Shown: positions 8,303-17,569 of the stretch, one piece after another | How positions within the stretch are numbered: the stretch's first letter is position 1 | Layout of the letters: each line of letters starts with the position of its first letter | IMG/VR virus record: IMGVR_UViG_3300033565_000009 | Span: 1-41,838 of that record | Source: a virus | Lineage: Duplodnaviria > Caudoviricetes | Reading direction: 5' to 3' (one strand) | Length of the DNA stretch: 41,838 nucleotides | Translations under genes and position numbers: made by a program | The notes under the pieces: generated by a model | The model's input: only the letters and a program-made list of their open reading frames with translations | Told to the model about the DNA's origin: nothing | The model's database searches: none

Positions 8303-9387
8303 ACCGTCACCCCCGGGATCTGGTTCCACTCCTGCCCATCCAGGAGGCGGCCAGCGTTCTTTTTGCCGACTTTACGAACAAGAACGGCAGTATTATCAGG
8401 ATTCCCGGTATAATTTATCCATGTACCGTCAGCGTCGTTAAGTTTGCATTTCCCTTGTTTACCGTTTAAACAAATGTAATCATCCCATTTGCCAGAGTCT
8501 GCTCCATAACCGTAATAAGGATCAAATCCTTCATGCGTCCAATCTCCCCAGCCCTTGAAAAAGAACGGTATCCCTGCAGCGTAGCACTGGTCCCGCAATG
8601 ACCTTACCCAGTCCGGGTGCATCGGCCTAGCTCCTGGGCCTGTTTCTCCACCGCAGATTGCAAAGTCTAGTCCCTGCCCAGATTGGGAAGGGGAAATAGG
8701 TCCACGTGGCGTATTTCTCCCGTTAAAAGGATGACTTCCAGACCACCATCCTTCGCGGCCACAGTCAGGGCAAATATTACGATATGGCCCGTTAAAATAA
8801 CCTCCACATCCAGAGCATTGCCAGGATATACGTAACCACCGGGATATATTTACTGGTCCCAACATCGGTTCAATACTGACAAACCTCTTCGCTGCCGGAG
8901 TCTGTAACAGGATCGGTATCCGCTCATCTGCCCTTTGCTGGTTTTCGGCTGTTATTCCTATCTGTATATTTGCTGGAAGCGTATGATATTGAATACCGAC
9001 CGATTCATCAGAACACCGCCCTAAATACCACTCAGAAAACTGAAGCATCCGCTGAGGTCTTTTGGTAAGGACCATAAAGGTATGCCAGGCACATTCATCC
9101 ATAGCGATAAAAACCTCTTCAATCAGTTCAAAAGGCACTTCTTCATGGAATAAATCCCCCATGCTGCATACGAATATCCGGGATGGTTTTCTCCACCGCA
9201 GCGGTTCATCCAGATTGTCTGGGTGAAAAGTAACCGTAAACGGATCGTTTTTATCATACCCGCACCTGCCAGCCAGCCTTTTACTCATCCGCTCCGCATA
9301 ACAGTGCTGGCAGCCTTCGCTGATCTTTGTGCAGCCTGTAATTGGGTTCCATGTTTTTTCTGCCCATTCAATCTTTGTATCAGACAT
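8299..9387 (-). CDS. DUF5131 / Gp37Gp68 family protein with an inserted zinc ribbon
   Basis: TKIEW..TWNP.TGC.K.SEGC.HCYA, SMGDLFH, LTKRP, SIEPMLG, GGETG..ARPM; extra CSGC...CPDC. Confidence 0.9.
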   Translation of the reverse strand: MSDTKIEWAEKTWNPITGCTKISEGCQHCYAERMSKRLAGRCGYDKNDPFTVTFHPDNLDEPLRWRKPSRIFVCSMGDLFHEEVPFELIEEVFIAMDECAWHTFMVLTKRPQRMLQFSEWYLGRCSDESVGIQYHTLPANIQIGITAENQQRADERIPILLQTPAAKRFVSIEPMLGPVNISRWLRISWQCSGCGGYFNGPYRNICPDCGREGWWSGSHPFNGRNTPRGPISPSQSGQGLDFAICGGETGPGARPMHPDWVRSLRDQCYAAGIPFFFKGWGDWTHEGFDPYYGYGADSGKWDDYICLNGKQGKCKLNDADGTWINYTGNPDNTAVLVRKVGKKNAGRLLDGQEWNQIPGVTV

Positions 9388-9536
9388 CAGTCCATCCTCC
9401 TAAAAGACCTCTGCACGTCCGTTTCATACCACTTGGCTAGCAGATTAAGCCGTATCCTAACCCGCTCGTTATCCGCATAACACCTAAGATATATCGGGCA
9501 TTGCTTGTCCATGAAATCAGTGTAAGAAAAGACCAT
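9387..9536 (-). CDS. Small hypothetical protein, 49 aa (MVFSYTDFMDKQCPIYLRCY...)
   Basis: Not in the ORF track; SD GGAGGT; stop overlaps the next ATG (TGATG). Confidence 0.65.
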   Translation of the reverse strand: MVFSYTDFMDKQCPIYLRCYADNERVRIRLNLLAKWYETDVQRSFRRMD

Positions 9537-9547
9537 CGATATACCTC

Positions 9548-9808
9548 CTATCTAATAAAATCACTAAGATAACACGGCCCTGTAATCTCCCCGGTAGTAA
9601 TCATAATCTGGGAAGCAATACAGAGAATCAGGAATATAACAACAAGAATAGAGAATACCTTCGTGGGTCGGTCCGTAAACTCGCGCTTAAGCTCCTGCTT
9701 GACAATCTCTTTCTGCCTTTCCCGACGGGGCTTGTCCGCCGCTGTTGGTGGCTGAACCGTCTGGGTCTGCTGCAACCAGTAATGTTGGGTAATCGCTGTT
9801 TCTTTCAA
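9548..9808 (-). CDS. Hypothetical membrane protein (one C-terminal TM)
   Basis: TTG start after SD GGAGGGGG; hydrophobic VFSILVVIFLILCIA. Confidence 0.65.
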   Translation of the reverse strand: MKETAITQHYWLQQTQTVQPPTAADKPRRERQKEIVKQELKREFTDRPTKVFSILVVIFLILCIASQIMITTGEITGPCYLSDFIR

Positions 9809-9831
9809 AAGTAATCCCCCTCCCTGAGTTT

Positions 9832-9907
9832 TGGACAGCAGGAGCGGGAATCGAACCCGCCTGTCCAAGGCTGTGCTGGCCCTGGGTGATGCCCAGATCT
9901 CTGCCGT
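9832..9907 (-). ncRNA. tRNA-like 76-nt element (degenerate tRNA or RNase P substrate)
   Basis: T-arm GCGGG-TTCGATT-CCCGC, acceptor-like ACGGCAG/CTGCTGT, 3' CCA; fills an intergenic gap. Confidence 0.55.
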
Positions 9908-9909
9908 AG

Positions 9910-10245
9910 TTATATCGCCAGTGCGACTGTTTCCTCTTGCCATTGCTCCCTGATCCAGCTTTCCAGCGTTCCAGCTTCCCGGGCCTTGTCCAATTCTTCC
10001 CGGTCGTAAGCCCGTGGAATAGTACCCGGTATTAACAAAACTAGATAATCGATATCGTACTCATTCAGATAATCTATAAGGTCCTCAAGTTTTTGAATAG
10101 CAGGTACTGAAATACCTTCCAACGTGATACCTCCATTTATTAAAGTAATTATGATATCAGCCAGCAGCTGGCAGGTTTTGCTCTGCTTGTCCTGCTCTTT
10201 TATGATGTTGAGAAGGTTTGCTACTGACTGATCGATACGATTCAA
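9910..10245 (-). CDS. Hypothetical protein
   Basis: ORF with SD GGAGG before a TTG at 10245. Confidence 0.65.
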   Translation of the reverse strand: MNRIDQSVANLLNIIKEQDKQSKTCQLLADIIITLINGGITLEGISVPAIQKLEDLIDYLNEYDIDYLVLLIPGTIPRAYDREELDKAREAGTLESWIREQWQEETVALAI

Positions 10246-10288
10246 GGTTGTATCCTCCAACGTTATGAGTTATAATTTAATTGCTTAA

Positions 10289-10750
10289 TTATTGGGCCGC
10301 TTGAAGCGGTCTTTTTTCTTTTCTGAATAGAATTGACATGGCAGCTGCTGCCACATGCCATACTTCCTCTCTTACCTGTTCCCATCCAGACAGTTCTTCA
10401 TCTGTTACTTCACCATCACAAGCGATTGATACCATCTGCGGATTGATTGTCTGTAAGTCGTTTTGTTCTTTCTGAAACCGTAAAACCGCCCTAGATAACT
10501 CTTCATCCCGGATGTCAGGTAAGAATCGGCGTCCAACTTCGTTATTTAATTTCAAATGTAGGTATGCAAGAATTGGTGATTGGTAAAGATCAACCATTGA
10601 GCAGACAATATCATCGCCCGGTATGGTTTTGCCGGTTTCGTAGTCTGACAATGATCTGGTAGAAATGAATAAAAGACTTGCAGCGGTTTCCTGGTTAAAA
10701 TCTGCAGCTTCTCTGCTGATTTTATAAATATTTGTACATTCATTCTTCAT
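10289..10750 (-). CDS. XRE-family HTH regulator
   Basis: IYK..RE....QE.AA.LL.IS.RSL.DYE.G.T.P HTH signature. Confidence 0.85.
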   Translation of the reverse strand: MKNECTNIYKISREAADFNQETAASLLFISTRSLSDYETGKTIPGDDIVCSMVDLYQSPILAYLHLKLNNEVGRRFLPDIRDEELSRAVLRFQKEQNDLQTINPQMVSIACDGEVTDEELSGWEQVREEVWHVAAAAMSILFRKEKRPLQAAQ

Positions 10751-10878
10751 GTATTTTCACCCCCTCTCGGTGTACTATTGGATATATAAGTCAGCCCATT
10801 GGCCTGGGTCTTGCCCCAGATCCAGGCCGCCCTCTCCCCTAAAAGATCTTTGAATAGAAAATATTAAAAATAAAATCG

Positions 10879-10971
10879 TTACGCTGAAATATTTATTGAA
10901 TTGGTAGGTGTCTCGTTTTTTAATTCCTCCACTACCTTGCGCACGAGCCACGCAACTATATCAGGATGCAT
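10879..10971 (-). CDS. Small hypothetical protein, 30 aa (MHPDIVAWLVRKVVEELK...)
   Basis: SD GGAGGT; downstream of cro; not in the ORF track. Confidence 0.5.
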   Translation of the reverse strand: MHPDIVAWLVRKVVEELKNETPTNSINISA

Positions 10972-11004
10972 AATAGACCTCCTTTTTTGCGTCAGCGCAA
11001 ACAT

Positions 11005-11214
11005 TTAAGCAACAAAAAATATGTCCTCGAATTTCAATTCAGGAAATTTTTTTAGAACTGCAGAAATAAATTCATTCCCAGGTAACATTTTACCTTTTTT
11101 AATTCTCCAGACTGTTGATTGTGAAACCCCTATGTATTCAGCAATTAAAGCATTATCGGGTTTTTTAGTTAACTGCTGCAATCTCTCAAACTCAACAACG
11201 TTTAACTTTATCAT
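11005..11214 (-). CDS. Cro-like HTH regulator
   Basis: IAEYIGVSQSTVWRI HTH, F.DIF C-terminus, divergent from the repressor. Confidence 0.85.
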   Translation of the reverse strand: MIKLNVVEFERLQQLTKKPDNALIAEYIGVSQSTVWRIKKGKMLPGNEFISAVLKKFPELKFEDIFFVA

Positions 11215-11255
11215 TATTTTACCTCCCATGCGTATATTTTCTAACCGATAAACTA

Positions 11256-11355
11256 ATACTATATTATCGTTGGCGCAAACGCAACACTAAATATTAATAC
11301 TTTTTCATTAAATTTTCGACATTCTATTGCGTATACGCAAAACTATATATATAAT
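11256..11355. promoter_or_regulatory. Divergent lysis/lysogeny promoters overlapped by TTGCG-N4-CGCAA operators
   Basis: Minus: TTGCGT-17-TAGTAT (11284-11256). Plus: TTGCGT-17-TATAAT (11327-11355). Operators at 11271-11284 and 11327-11340, with a further copy at 10987-11000. Confidence 0.8.
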
Positions 11356-11395
11356 GTAAACACAAAAGGGTATTTTTATTTGAGGTGATACTATA

Positions 11396-11752
11396 ATGGA
11401 GTTGTCTGAATTTGGCCAATATATTGAGAAACTCAGAATTGAGCGTGGAATAGACAGCCGGTCAGAGTTAGCTCGGATGGCTAAAACTTCTGCAACAACT
11501 ATATCTCGGGTTATCGCAGGAAAACAAAAACCAACTCCTGAAACTCTTGGAGCTTTAGCTCCCCATCTCGGAGTTAGTTATGAACACTTAATGCAGAAGG
11601 CAGGGTATCTATTAGTTGCAGAAGAAGCATCTACATATAATTTTAAAAATAATAATACGACTTTGTATGATAAAATTGATAAATTAAGCGCAAGAGATAG
11701 GGCGGTTGTAGAAGCTCTTATCCAGGCGTTAAGTAGTAAGGGTGATGAATAA
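11396..11752 (+). CDS. CI-like repressor (XRE HTH, no S24 peptidase domain)
   Basis: HTH SRSELARMAKTSATTISRV..GK..P; directly upstream of the integrase. Confidence 0.85.
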   Translation: MELSEFGQYIEKLRIERGIDSRSELARMAKTSATTISRVIAGKQKPTPETLGALAPHLGVSYEHLMQKAGYLLVAEEASTYNFKNNNTTLYDKIDKLSARDRAVVEALIQALSSKGDE

Positions 11753-13224
11753 TGCTACGGGCAGTAGCTTATGCACGATACAGTTCTGATAATCAAAGGG
11801 CCGAATCTATTACTGCTCAATTGCGTGCTATTCACTCATATGCACTTAAAGAGTCAATTGAAATAATCAAAGAATATATCGATGAAGCCGAGACTGCCAC
11901 TTCTGATGAGCGTCCTGATTTCCAAAACATGATAAAAGAAATAGAGAAAACTAAACCAGATCTGGTTTTGGTTCATAAGCTAGATCGTTTTGCACGTGAT
12001 AGAATTGATGCTGGTCATTATCGCTGGTTGTTAAAAAAGAAAGGTGCTAGGCTTGTTGCAGTTGAACAGGACTTCGGTAACGGGCCAGAAGCTGCACTGA
12101 TGGAATCAACAGTTGAAGGTGTTGCTGAGTACTTTTCCAAAAATTTATCAAGAGAAGTAAAAAAAGGTCTTTTTGAAAATGTTATACAAGGTAAACATTG
12201 CGGAGGTTTGCCACCATTAGGTTATGATATTGATCCTGATAAAATGTATATTATAAATGAGCATGAAGCCCAAGCAATTAGAATGATATTTGATATGAAG
12301 ATACAAAATATGAATTATCAAATGATTATGGACGCACTAAATAAAGCTGGATATAGAAGCAAAAGAGGAAAAATAATTGGAAAAAATAGTCTTCATGATA
12401 TACTAAGAAACGAAAAATATATAGGTAATTATATTTATCGTAAAACATCATCATCAAATAGCAGAGTTGCTGCCGATCCATTAGCGACAGTTCGTATTGA
12501 AGGTATCATCCCACGTATTATTGATGATGAAACATTTTATAAAGCTCAGTCTATGATGGATGGTAGTAAGCAACAGCCAAGGATGAGAAGTGATACTGTT
12601 TATATTTTATCCGGTATAGCCAAATGCGGTGAGTGCGGACAGGCTATGACTGGAAGCTCTCATGTTAATCGTGGTAGGAAATATGAATACTACCGTTGTA
12701 ATAATGCAAATAGGACTGGAGGTAAATCATGTAGCAATCTATACAGGTACAAAAGATCAACACTTGAACAAGATGTAATCGAACGTACACAAGAAGCTTT
12801 AGATATTTTACGAGCTAATATTGATAATGAGATTGATGTAATTTATGAAGCAATCATCAATAAAACGGAAAGTGAAAATGCTGAACGGCAGTCATTACAA
12901 AAAGAGATTAGAAAAATCAAAATAGAAATTGATAACCTAATTAACTCTGTTGCGGCTGGTGTAGACGCTAAAATACTAGCTCCTAAAATAAATGACTTAG
13001 GAAGGAAAAAAGACGCCTTAGAGAAACGTAAAAATAGAATAGAGATTAATAATATTTCGAAAGATGTGGTGCGAGAATATTTATTAAAAATAATAAACAC
13101 TTCAATTAATCCTGAAGAACCAGTTACTTGCCGAGAAGTTTTAAAAGTATTATTGGATGAGGTTATTATTTACGATAAAAATAACATATATATCCCTCTT
13201 GAAAGATTTGGCTTAGCGCGGTAG
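11752..13224 (+). CDS. Large serine recombinase (phage integrase)
   Basis: YARYSS catalytic motif, DRFAR, recombinase domain, zinc ribbon CGECG...YYRC...C, coiled coil. Confidence 0.95.
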   Translation: MLRAVAYARYSSDNQRAESITAQLRAIHSYALKESIEIIKEYIDEAETATSDERPDFQNMIKEIEKTKPDLVLVHKLDRFARDRIDAGHYRWLLKKKGARLVAVEQDFGNGPEAALMESTVEGVAEYFSKNLSREVKKGLFENVIQGKHCGGLPPLGYDIDPDKMYIINEHEAQAIRMIFDMKIQNMNYQMIMDALNKAGYRSKRGKIIGKNSLHDILRNEKYIGNYIYRKTSSSNSRVAADPLATVRIEGIIPRIIDDETFYKAQSMMDGSKQQPRMRSDTVYILSGIAKCGECGQAMTGSSHVNRGRKYEYYRCNNANRTGGKSCSNLYRYKRSTLEQDVIERTQEALDILRANIDNEIDVIYEAIINKTESENAERQSLQKEIRKIKIEIDNLINSVAAGVDAKILAPKINDLGRKKDALEKRKNRIEINNISKDVVREYLLKIINTSINPEEPVTCREVLKVLLDEVIIYDKNNIYIPLERFGLAR

Positions 13225-13254
13225 TCCCTTGGGGCTACCATATTTAAGCCAAAT
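13206..13254. other. Candidate attP of the serine integrase
   Basis: ATTTGGCTTA...GGTAGTCCC-TT-GGGGCTACC...TAAGCCAAAT dyad overlapping the integrase stop codon. Confidence 0.7.
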
Positions 13255-13268
13255 TTATAATCTAAGTT

Positions 13269-13295
13269 TAACCCCCTATATTAGGGGGTTATTTT
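13269..13295. terminator. Intrinsic terminator between convergent genes
   Basis: TAACCCCCTA-TAT-TAGGGGGTTA followed by TTTT. Confidence 0.75.
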
Positions 13296-13304
13296 CGTAT
13301 TTAT

Positions 13305-13592
13305 TTAAAAGATTTGCAATAAAGTCTTGATACCATCACGGGCTCCTTGTTTATAAAACTCCTCATTCCCGGTTAACTCCATGTCCAAATGCGCATCAAC
13401 TAACTCGCATAAAACTTTATTCTGTTCCTCATTTAGTTGGGCATAAAGCTGATCATATAAGACTCTAGTTTTTGACCTGGCCTGGGAATATTTTAGTGAT
13501 ATATTCCTCTCATACACAGATCTTAATCGATTCTCCAAAAAAGCTTCTATATCATCATTTGTTCCACCATTTACTGGTATATTCATCCACAT
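13305..13592 (-). CDS. Hypothetical protein
   Basis: 95-aa helical ORF with SD AGGAGG; ends in YKQGARDG motif. Confidence 0.65.
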   Translation of the reverse strand: MWMNIPVNGGTNDDIEAFLENRLRSVYERNISLKYSQARSKTRVLYDQLYAQLNEEQNKVLCELVDAHLDMELTGNEEFYKQGARDGIKTLLQIF

Positions 13593-13688
13593 GCCTCCTT
13601 TTCTACATATTGCCCACCATGCCCACTTTATTTGTCAATATTCTGCAATTTATCTATACTATTGCAATAAAGTTATTTGGGGGACGAC

Positions 13689-13868
13689 ATGGGAACAACA
13701 AAGACCAAAACAATTTTTTACACCGACAAGTTGCTATTAACTGGGATTGATAAGTTTTGGCATAAATATGGCTTTTCATCTCGCAGCAAAGCTATTGCTT
13801 GGCTTGTGACATGGGCTCTTAGTCAGCGACCGGTTCCACCACCACAAAACGATGATGAATATGAATAA
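13689..13868 (+). CDS. Ribbon-helix-helix (CopG-like) regulator
   Basis: TIFY.....L..ID.......SRSKAI..LV..AL RHH pattern. Confidence 0.7.
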   Translation: MGTTKTKTIFYTDKLLLTGIDKFWHKYGFSSRSKAIAWLVTWALSQRPVPPPQNDDEYE

Positions 13869-14135
13869 AGTCCTACGATTTAAGTCCTGTAATTACCATC
13901 CTTTCCGGTTTTTTATAATTCTAACACTCTACAGCTATTAAAACTACAAACAAAATCCACGCAGAAAAAACAAAACATATGTTCTAGTTGAATTTATTAA
14001 ATTGTATAATAAATTTAAGCCGATAAAATAAACATTACAGAAATTTATCTGTAAGTATATGGATTTGACTTTTGTCGAATTGTATATAAAGGATATTTTT
14101 TCCAATTTATCGAATAGCACCTATGAGGTGATGCT

Positions 14136-14357
14136 ATGGTCAAGAACCGTTTAAGAGAGATTCGGCATGAATTGAAAATAAATCGTCAAAAGGAATTTGC
14201 TGAGATCCTTGGAGTTACTCAATCCCAAATAAGCCTATGGGAAACCCAGCAACAGCAGCTGCAAACTGATACATACATTAGAATCTGGAAAAAGCTTCTA
14301 CCCCTTTCCCCCGGTTTAAATTTACAAGACCTGATCGACCATGAAGACCTCGATTAA
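14136..14357 (+). CDS. XRE-family HTH protein
   Basis: NRLREIR...QKEFAEILGVTQSQISLWE. Confidence 0.85.
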   Translation: MVKNRLREIRHELKINRQKEFAEILGVTQSQISLWETQQQQLQTDTYIRIWKKLLPLSPGLNLQDLIDHEDLD

Positions 14358-14370
14358 GAGGTCTTTTTTT
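14344..14370 (+). terminator. Intrinsic terminator
   Basis: AAGACCTC-GATTAA-GAGGTCTT followed by a T run. Confidence 0.75.
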
Positions 14371-14464
14371 ATGTCTTTAAAAATTAATTTTTCGGGACAG
14401 GCAATTTAATTTCCGCACAGCATATATTGTGGTAAACCACATCAACTGAATGGAGGTATACCAC

Positions 14465-15511
14465 ATGGATCCATTAACGTTATTTTGCGCTGGGGCCACT
14501 CTCTGGACCGCCTTACACTTCATACCTGGCCGGACCAAATTGAATCAGGATGAACTTATCTTAAAGACTTGGGAGCAAACAGGAACCACCAACAAAGAAT
14601 GTCTGTTGCCGGTTAAAAAGAAAGGTGCTTGGTTCTTGCCGGCTGGTCTCTCACCCCGGGATATTGAAAAGACAATTCCGGCTTTAGCCTATCAACTGAA
14701 TGCCCATATAGAGATGGAAACACGGGGCAAGGCGGTACTGCTCCACGTACATCCCGGCCAGCTGCCACGTAAAGTACCATATACCCTCCAGGATCTTAGC
14801 AGATGCAAACTTGGCCTGGTCATGGGTCATACCTGGACGGAGGCATGCCTGACCTTTGACCTAAATGATAGTAATCCATACATTTTGACAGCCGGCGGTG
14901 TAGGGATGGGTAAATCCAACTGGCTTAATCTTGTCCTCAGGCAGATCAACGACAATTACACCCCTGACCAGGTGCAATACTTTTTAATTGATCTCAAACT
15001 AGGAGTAGAACTTGGACAATGGGCTGATTCACCTATGTGTGCAGGTACGTGCTGGGATCCGTCTACTGATCAGCTTCCGGCCATGCTTGGTTATCTGACC
15101 CGGGAAGTACGTAGGAGGATGAAGCTATTTAAAAAGCACGGTGTTTATAAGGTGGATGAATATAACCGACTTGATGTTAAGCAATTACCCTATTTGCTCC
15201 TCGTGGTGGATGAGTATGCGGAACTGAATCGTGATAAAGATGCTGAAGATAAATTGCAATCCTTGCTTCAGATCGGGCGCGCTGCAGGGCTTAGAGTTAT
15301 AATGTCTACCCAACGCCCAACGCACGACAATATCAACACTAGTATAAAAGGATTGATACCAACCAGATTATGTTTTAGCGTTGCTGACCGAGTAAATAGT
15401 GATGTCGTATTAGATCAATCTGGAGCTGAAGACTTGGGCGGAATTCCAGGGCGTGCTTTGCTTTTATCTGGGGCACGGCTGCGCGAAGTGCAAGTCATGA
15501 TCGCTTCTTAA
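14465..15511 (+). CDS. FtsK/SpoIIIE-family ATPase with N-terminal membrane anchor
   Basis: Walker A GGVGMGKS, IDLK, Walker B LLLVVDEY, GRAAG, TQRP; SD GGAGG at 14452. Confidence 0.9.
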   Translation: MDPLTLFCAGATLWTALHFIPGRTKLNQDELILKTWEQTGTTNKECLLPVKKKGAWFLPAGLSPRDIEKTIPALAYQLNAHIEMETRGKAVLLHVHPGQLPRKVPYTLQDLSRCKLGLVMGHTWTEACLTFDLNDSNPYILTAGGVGMGKSNWLNLVLRQINDNYTPDQVQYFLIDLKLGVELGQWADSPMCAGTCWDPSTDQLPAMLGYLTREVRRRMKLFKKHGVYKVDEYNRLDVKQLPYLLLVVDEYAELNRDKDAEDKLQSLLQIGRAAGLRVIMSTQRPTHDNINTSIKGLIPTRLCFSVADRVNSDVVLDQSGAEDLGGIPGRALLLSGARLREVQVMIAS

Positions 15512-15630
15512 TCATCAGCGATCCTTCCTTATTGGGGTTTTTTATTAATGGATTTATCGGTCTTTGGGCCTGTACACCTGTATATTACTGGCTATATGGT
15601 TTGCCAGTAGAAAGATATGGAGGGATATAC

Positions 15631-16239
15631 GTGGAGATCAGAGATCAGAGAGTACTGGAAGGGATAGAAAAGCATAGGTACCTGAGAGCGGACCAGGTTG
15701 CGGAATTGTATTTCCGAACTATTAAAAACAGCGATCAGAGAAAAAAGAAAGCAGCTGCCAGGCTCTTGGTGCTATACCGGTCAAAACTTGTGCAGCGCAC
15801 CAGGTACCCAGGGGATCCTTTTATTTATTTTGCCCGGGGGAATAAATACAGCCATAAACTGCAGCACTACCTTACCATCACGGATGTGCTGCTTCAGATC
15901 CTGGACCTAATACCTGCCAGTTCAAAAGTTGAGTATGAGGTTGAATACTCCCTGGGAAGCGGTATCATTGCCGACCTGGTGATCAGATACAGCAATCCAT
16001 TTCGGCAAGAGAAAAAGACGTATTATATTGAGATTGAGCTGGACAGTTCTGGCAGTATCATTGAGAAGCTGCGGAAGTATGAAGAAATTGAAATCGAGGA
16101 CAGCACAGTGGTAGTAATCGCAAAGCACCGATACACCATAGAAAAAATTCAATCCACTTTATTCACGGTGCCGATCCGCGCTATCGACATACGAGACATT
16201 CCCGGAGGATGGAATTCTGATGGAAGCAATTTGCTTTAA
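15631..16239 (+). CDS. Replication-relaxation (Replic_Relax) family protein
   Basis: Winged-helix-like N-terminus, H in LQHYL, IADL..IEIE nuclease-like motif; GTG start after GGAGG; follows FtsK. Confidence 0.75.
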   Translation: MEIRDQRVLEGIEKHRYLRADQVAELYFRTIKNSDQRKKKAAARLLVLYRSKLVQRTRYPGDPFIYFARGNKYSHKLQHYLTITDVLLQILDLIPASSKVEYEVEYSLGSGIIADLVIRYSNPFRQEKKTYYIEIELDSSGSIIEKLRKYEEIEIEDSTVVVIAKHRYTIEKIQSTLFTVPIRAIDIRDIPGGWNSDGSNLL

Positions 16240-16282
16240 ATAAAGAGGATATGTCAGGAGGAAGAAAGGAGTTGTTGTTGTA

Positions 16283-16567
16283 ATGTTTGAGATAATCTTT
16301 TTACTTTTTATCTGCGCTTGTGCATGGTTGGCACTTCAGGCTGCCAGATCTCCGCGACGTAAACGCAAGGTTAAATCCAATCGAGTGTCTATTATTGAAC
16401 AGTTATTTGGTGTACCGTTCTATTTGTGGATCTGCATGAAGCTCTTGCCATCTAAGATACCAGATGAAATGAGGGTCACCATTCAAACTGAATCAAAAAG
16501 ATCTCGTACCGAAAATACTTTGAAATACGTACAGCGTGAATCAGGCTTATGGGTACCGGCCAGGTAG
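16283..16567 (+). CDS. Small membrane protein
   Basis: Hydrophobic N-terminus followed by a basic stretch; SD AAAGGAG. Confidence 0.65.
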   Translation: MFEIIFLLFICACAWLALQAARSPRRKRKVKSNRVSIIEQLFGVPFYLWICMKLLPSKIPDEMRVTIQTESKRSRTENTLKYVQRESGLWVPAR

Positions 16568-16674
16568 GATGCAGGTAATAAGTTGGAGAAGGGCCAAGGG
16601 CGTATAATTTGCTTTGGTTCTTCCTCCTTATCCTCATTTGGTGTAAACTGGAAAATAAAAAGGAGGAATGCATT

Positions 16675-17271
16675 GTGTTTGTTATCGGCATCATATGTAT
16701 GATAATCAGTGTGGCATATATAATTAATTATCGAATTAAGAATCCTGATAAGGAAGTTAATACAAAGCATTTGGCATTCTTTGCTTTATTTATGATTATA
16801 TCCGCAGTTGGGTTTTTGTCGTCAAGTGATAACGAACCAGCTGTTAATCAAACTCAAATAGCATCAATGGAAATAACGGAATATGCAAAATACCTTGTAA
16901 ATAGTGCACTTGGCGATAAAACAAATGTGGAAAAACCTATATTTAGAAGCGCCATTAATACATCTGAATATCTTGTCATTGATATGAATGCAAACGACAA
17001 CCTGTCTAACAGCTTAACCAAAACTGGAATTTTAGCTGACTCAATTGACGTATATACTCAGGCTTTTAAAGATAGACCGGATCTGCAAGGCTTAAAGCTG
17101 GTGTGGTATTTAGACTTGGTGGATGTTAAAGGAAACACGTCAGAAGGTTCTGTTTTGTACATTTTAATCAGAAAAGAAAACGCAGCGACAATTAATTGGG
17201 ATAATATGCTTACAGATAACATACCCAAAGTAGCCGACGATTACTGGGAACATCCTTTATTCAGTAAGTAA
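16675..17271 (+). CDS. Membrane-anchored protein (2 TM plus outer domain); possible superinfection exclusion
   Basis: GTG after AAGGAGG, two hydrophobic segments, own terminator; function inferred only. Confidence 0.65.
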   Translation: MFVIGIICMIISVAYIINYRIKNPDKEVNTKHLAFFALFMIISAVGFLSSSDNEPAVNQTQIASMEITEYAKYLVNSALGDKTNVEKPIFRSAINTSEYLVIDMNANDNLSNSLTKTGILADSIDVYTQAFKDRPDLQGLKLVWYLDLVDVKGNTSEGSVLYILIRKENAATINWDNMLTDNIPKVADDYWEHPLFSK

Positions 17272-17277
17272 TTCTTA

Positions 17278-17314
17278 TACTACAGCCGGGGATAACCCCC
17301 GGCTGTAGTATTTT
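17278..17314 (+). terminator. Intrinsic terminator
   Basis: TACTACAGCCGGGG-ATAAC-CCCCGGCTGTAGTA followed by TTTT. Confidence 0.8.
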
Positions 17315-17334
17315 AAGTATTTCTAATTATGGTA

Positions 17335-17363
17335 TTGCTTTTTATTTTATTTAGGTATATACT
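17335..17363 (+). promoter_or_regulatory. SigA-type promoter
   Basis: TTGCTT-17-TATACT. Confidence 0.6.
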
Positions 17364-17389
17364 TTAATTAATGAGAGGGGCTGACATGA

Positions 17390-17569
17390 ATGATAGAATA
17401 CACCTTAAAGGAATTGGCAAAAAGAGCAGGATTAAGAACCAGAAGAGCAGAATTGCTTATGCAAACCATGGACTTAGCAGCCAGAGGTTGCCCGGAAGAT
17501 TATGATAGAATTGCTAAACTGGACATAGAGATTGACAGTATTACTTCAGAGTTAGAGGAGTGCTTTTAA
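17390..17569 (+). CDS. Small hypothetical protein, 59 aa (MIEYTLKELAKRAGLRTRR...)
   Basis: Not in the ORF track; SD GAGGGG; stop abuts the next ATG. Confidence 0.6.
   Translation: MIEYTLKELAKRAGLRTRRAELLMQTMDLAARGCPEDYDRIAKLDIEIDSITSELEECF

Noticed and set aside
9832-9907. Functional tRNA-Cys(GCA)
   Set aside because: Lacks U33, purine 37, the D-loop GG and a clean 7-bp acceptor stem; kept only as tRNA-like.
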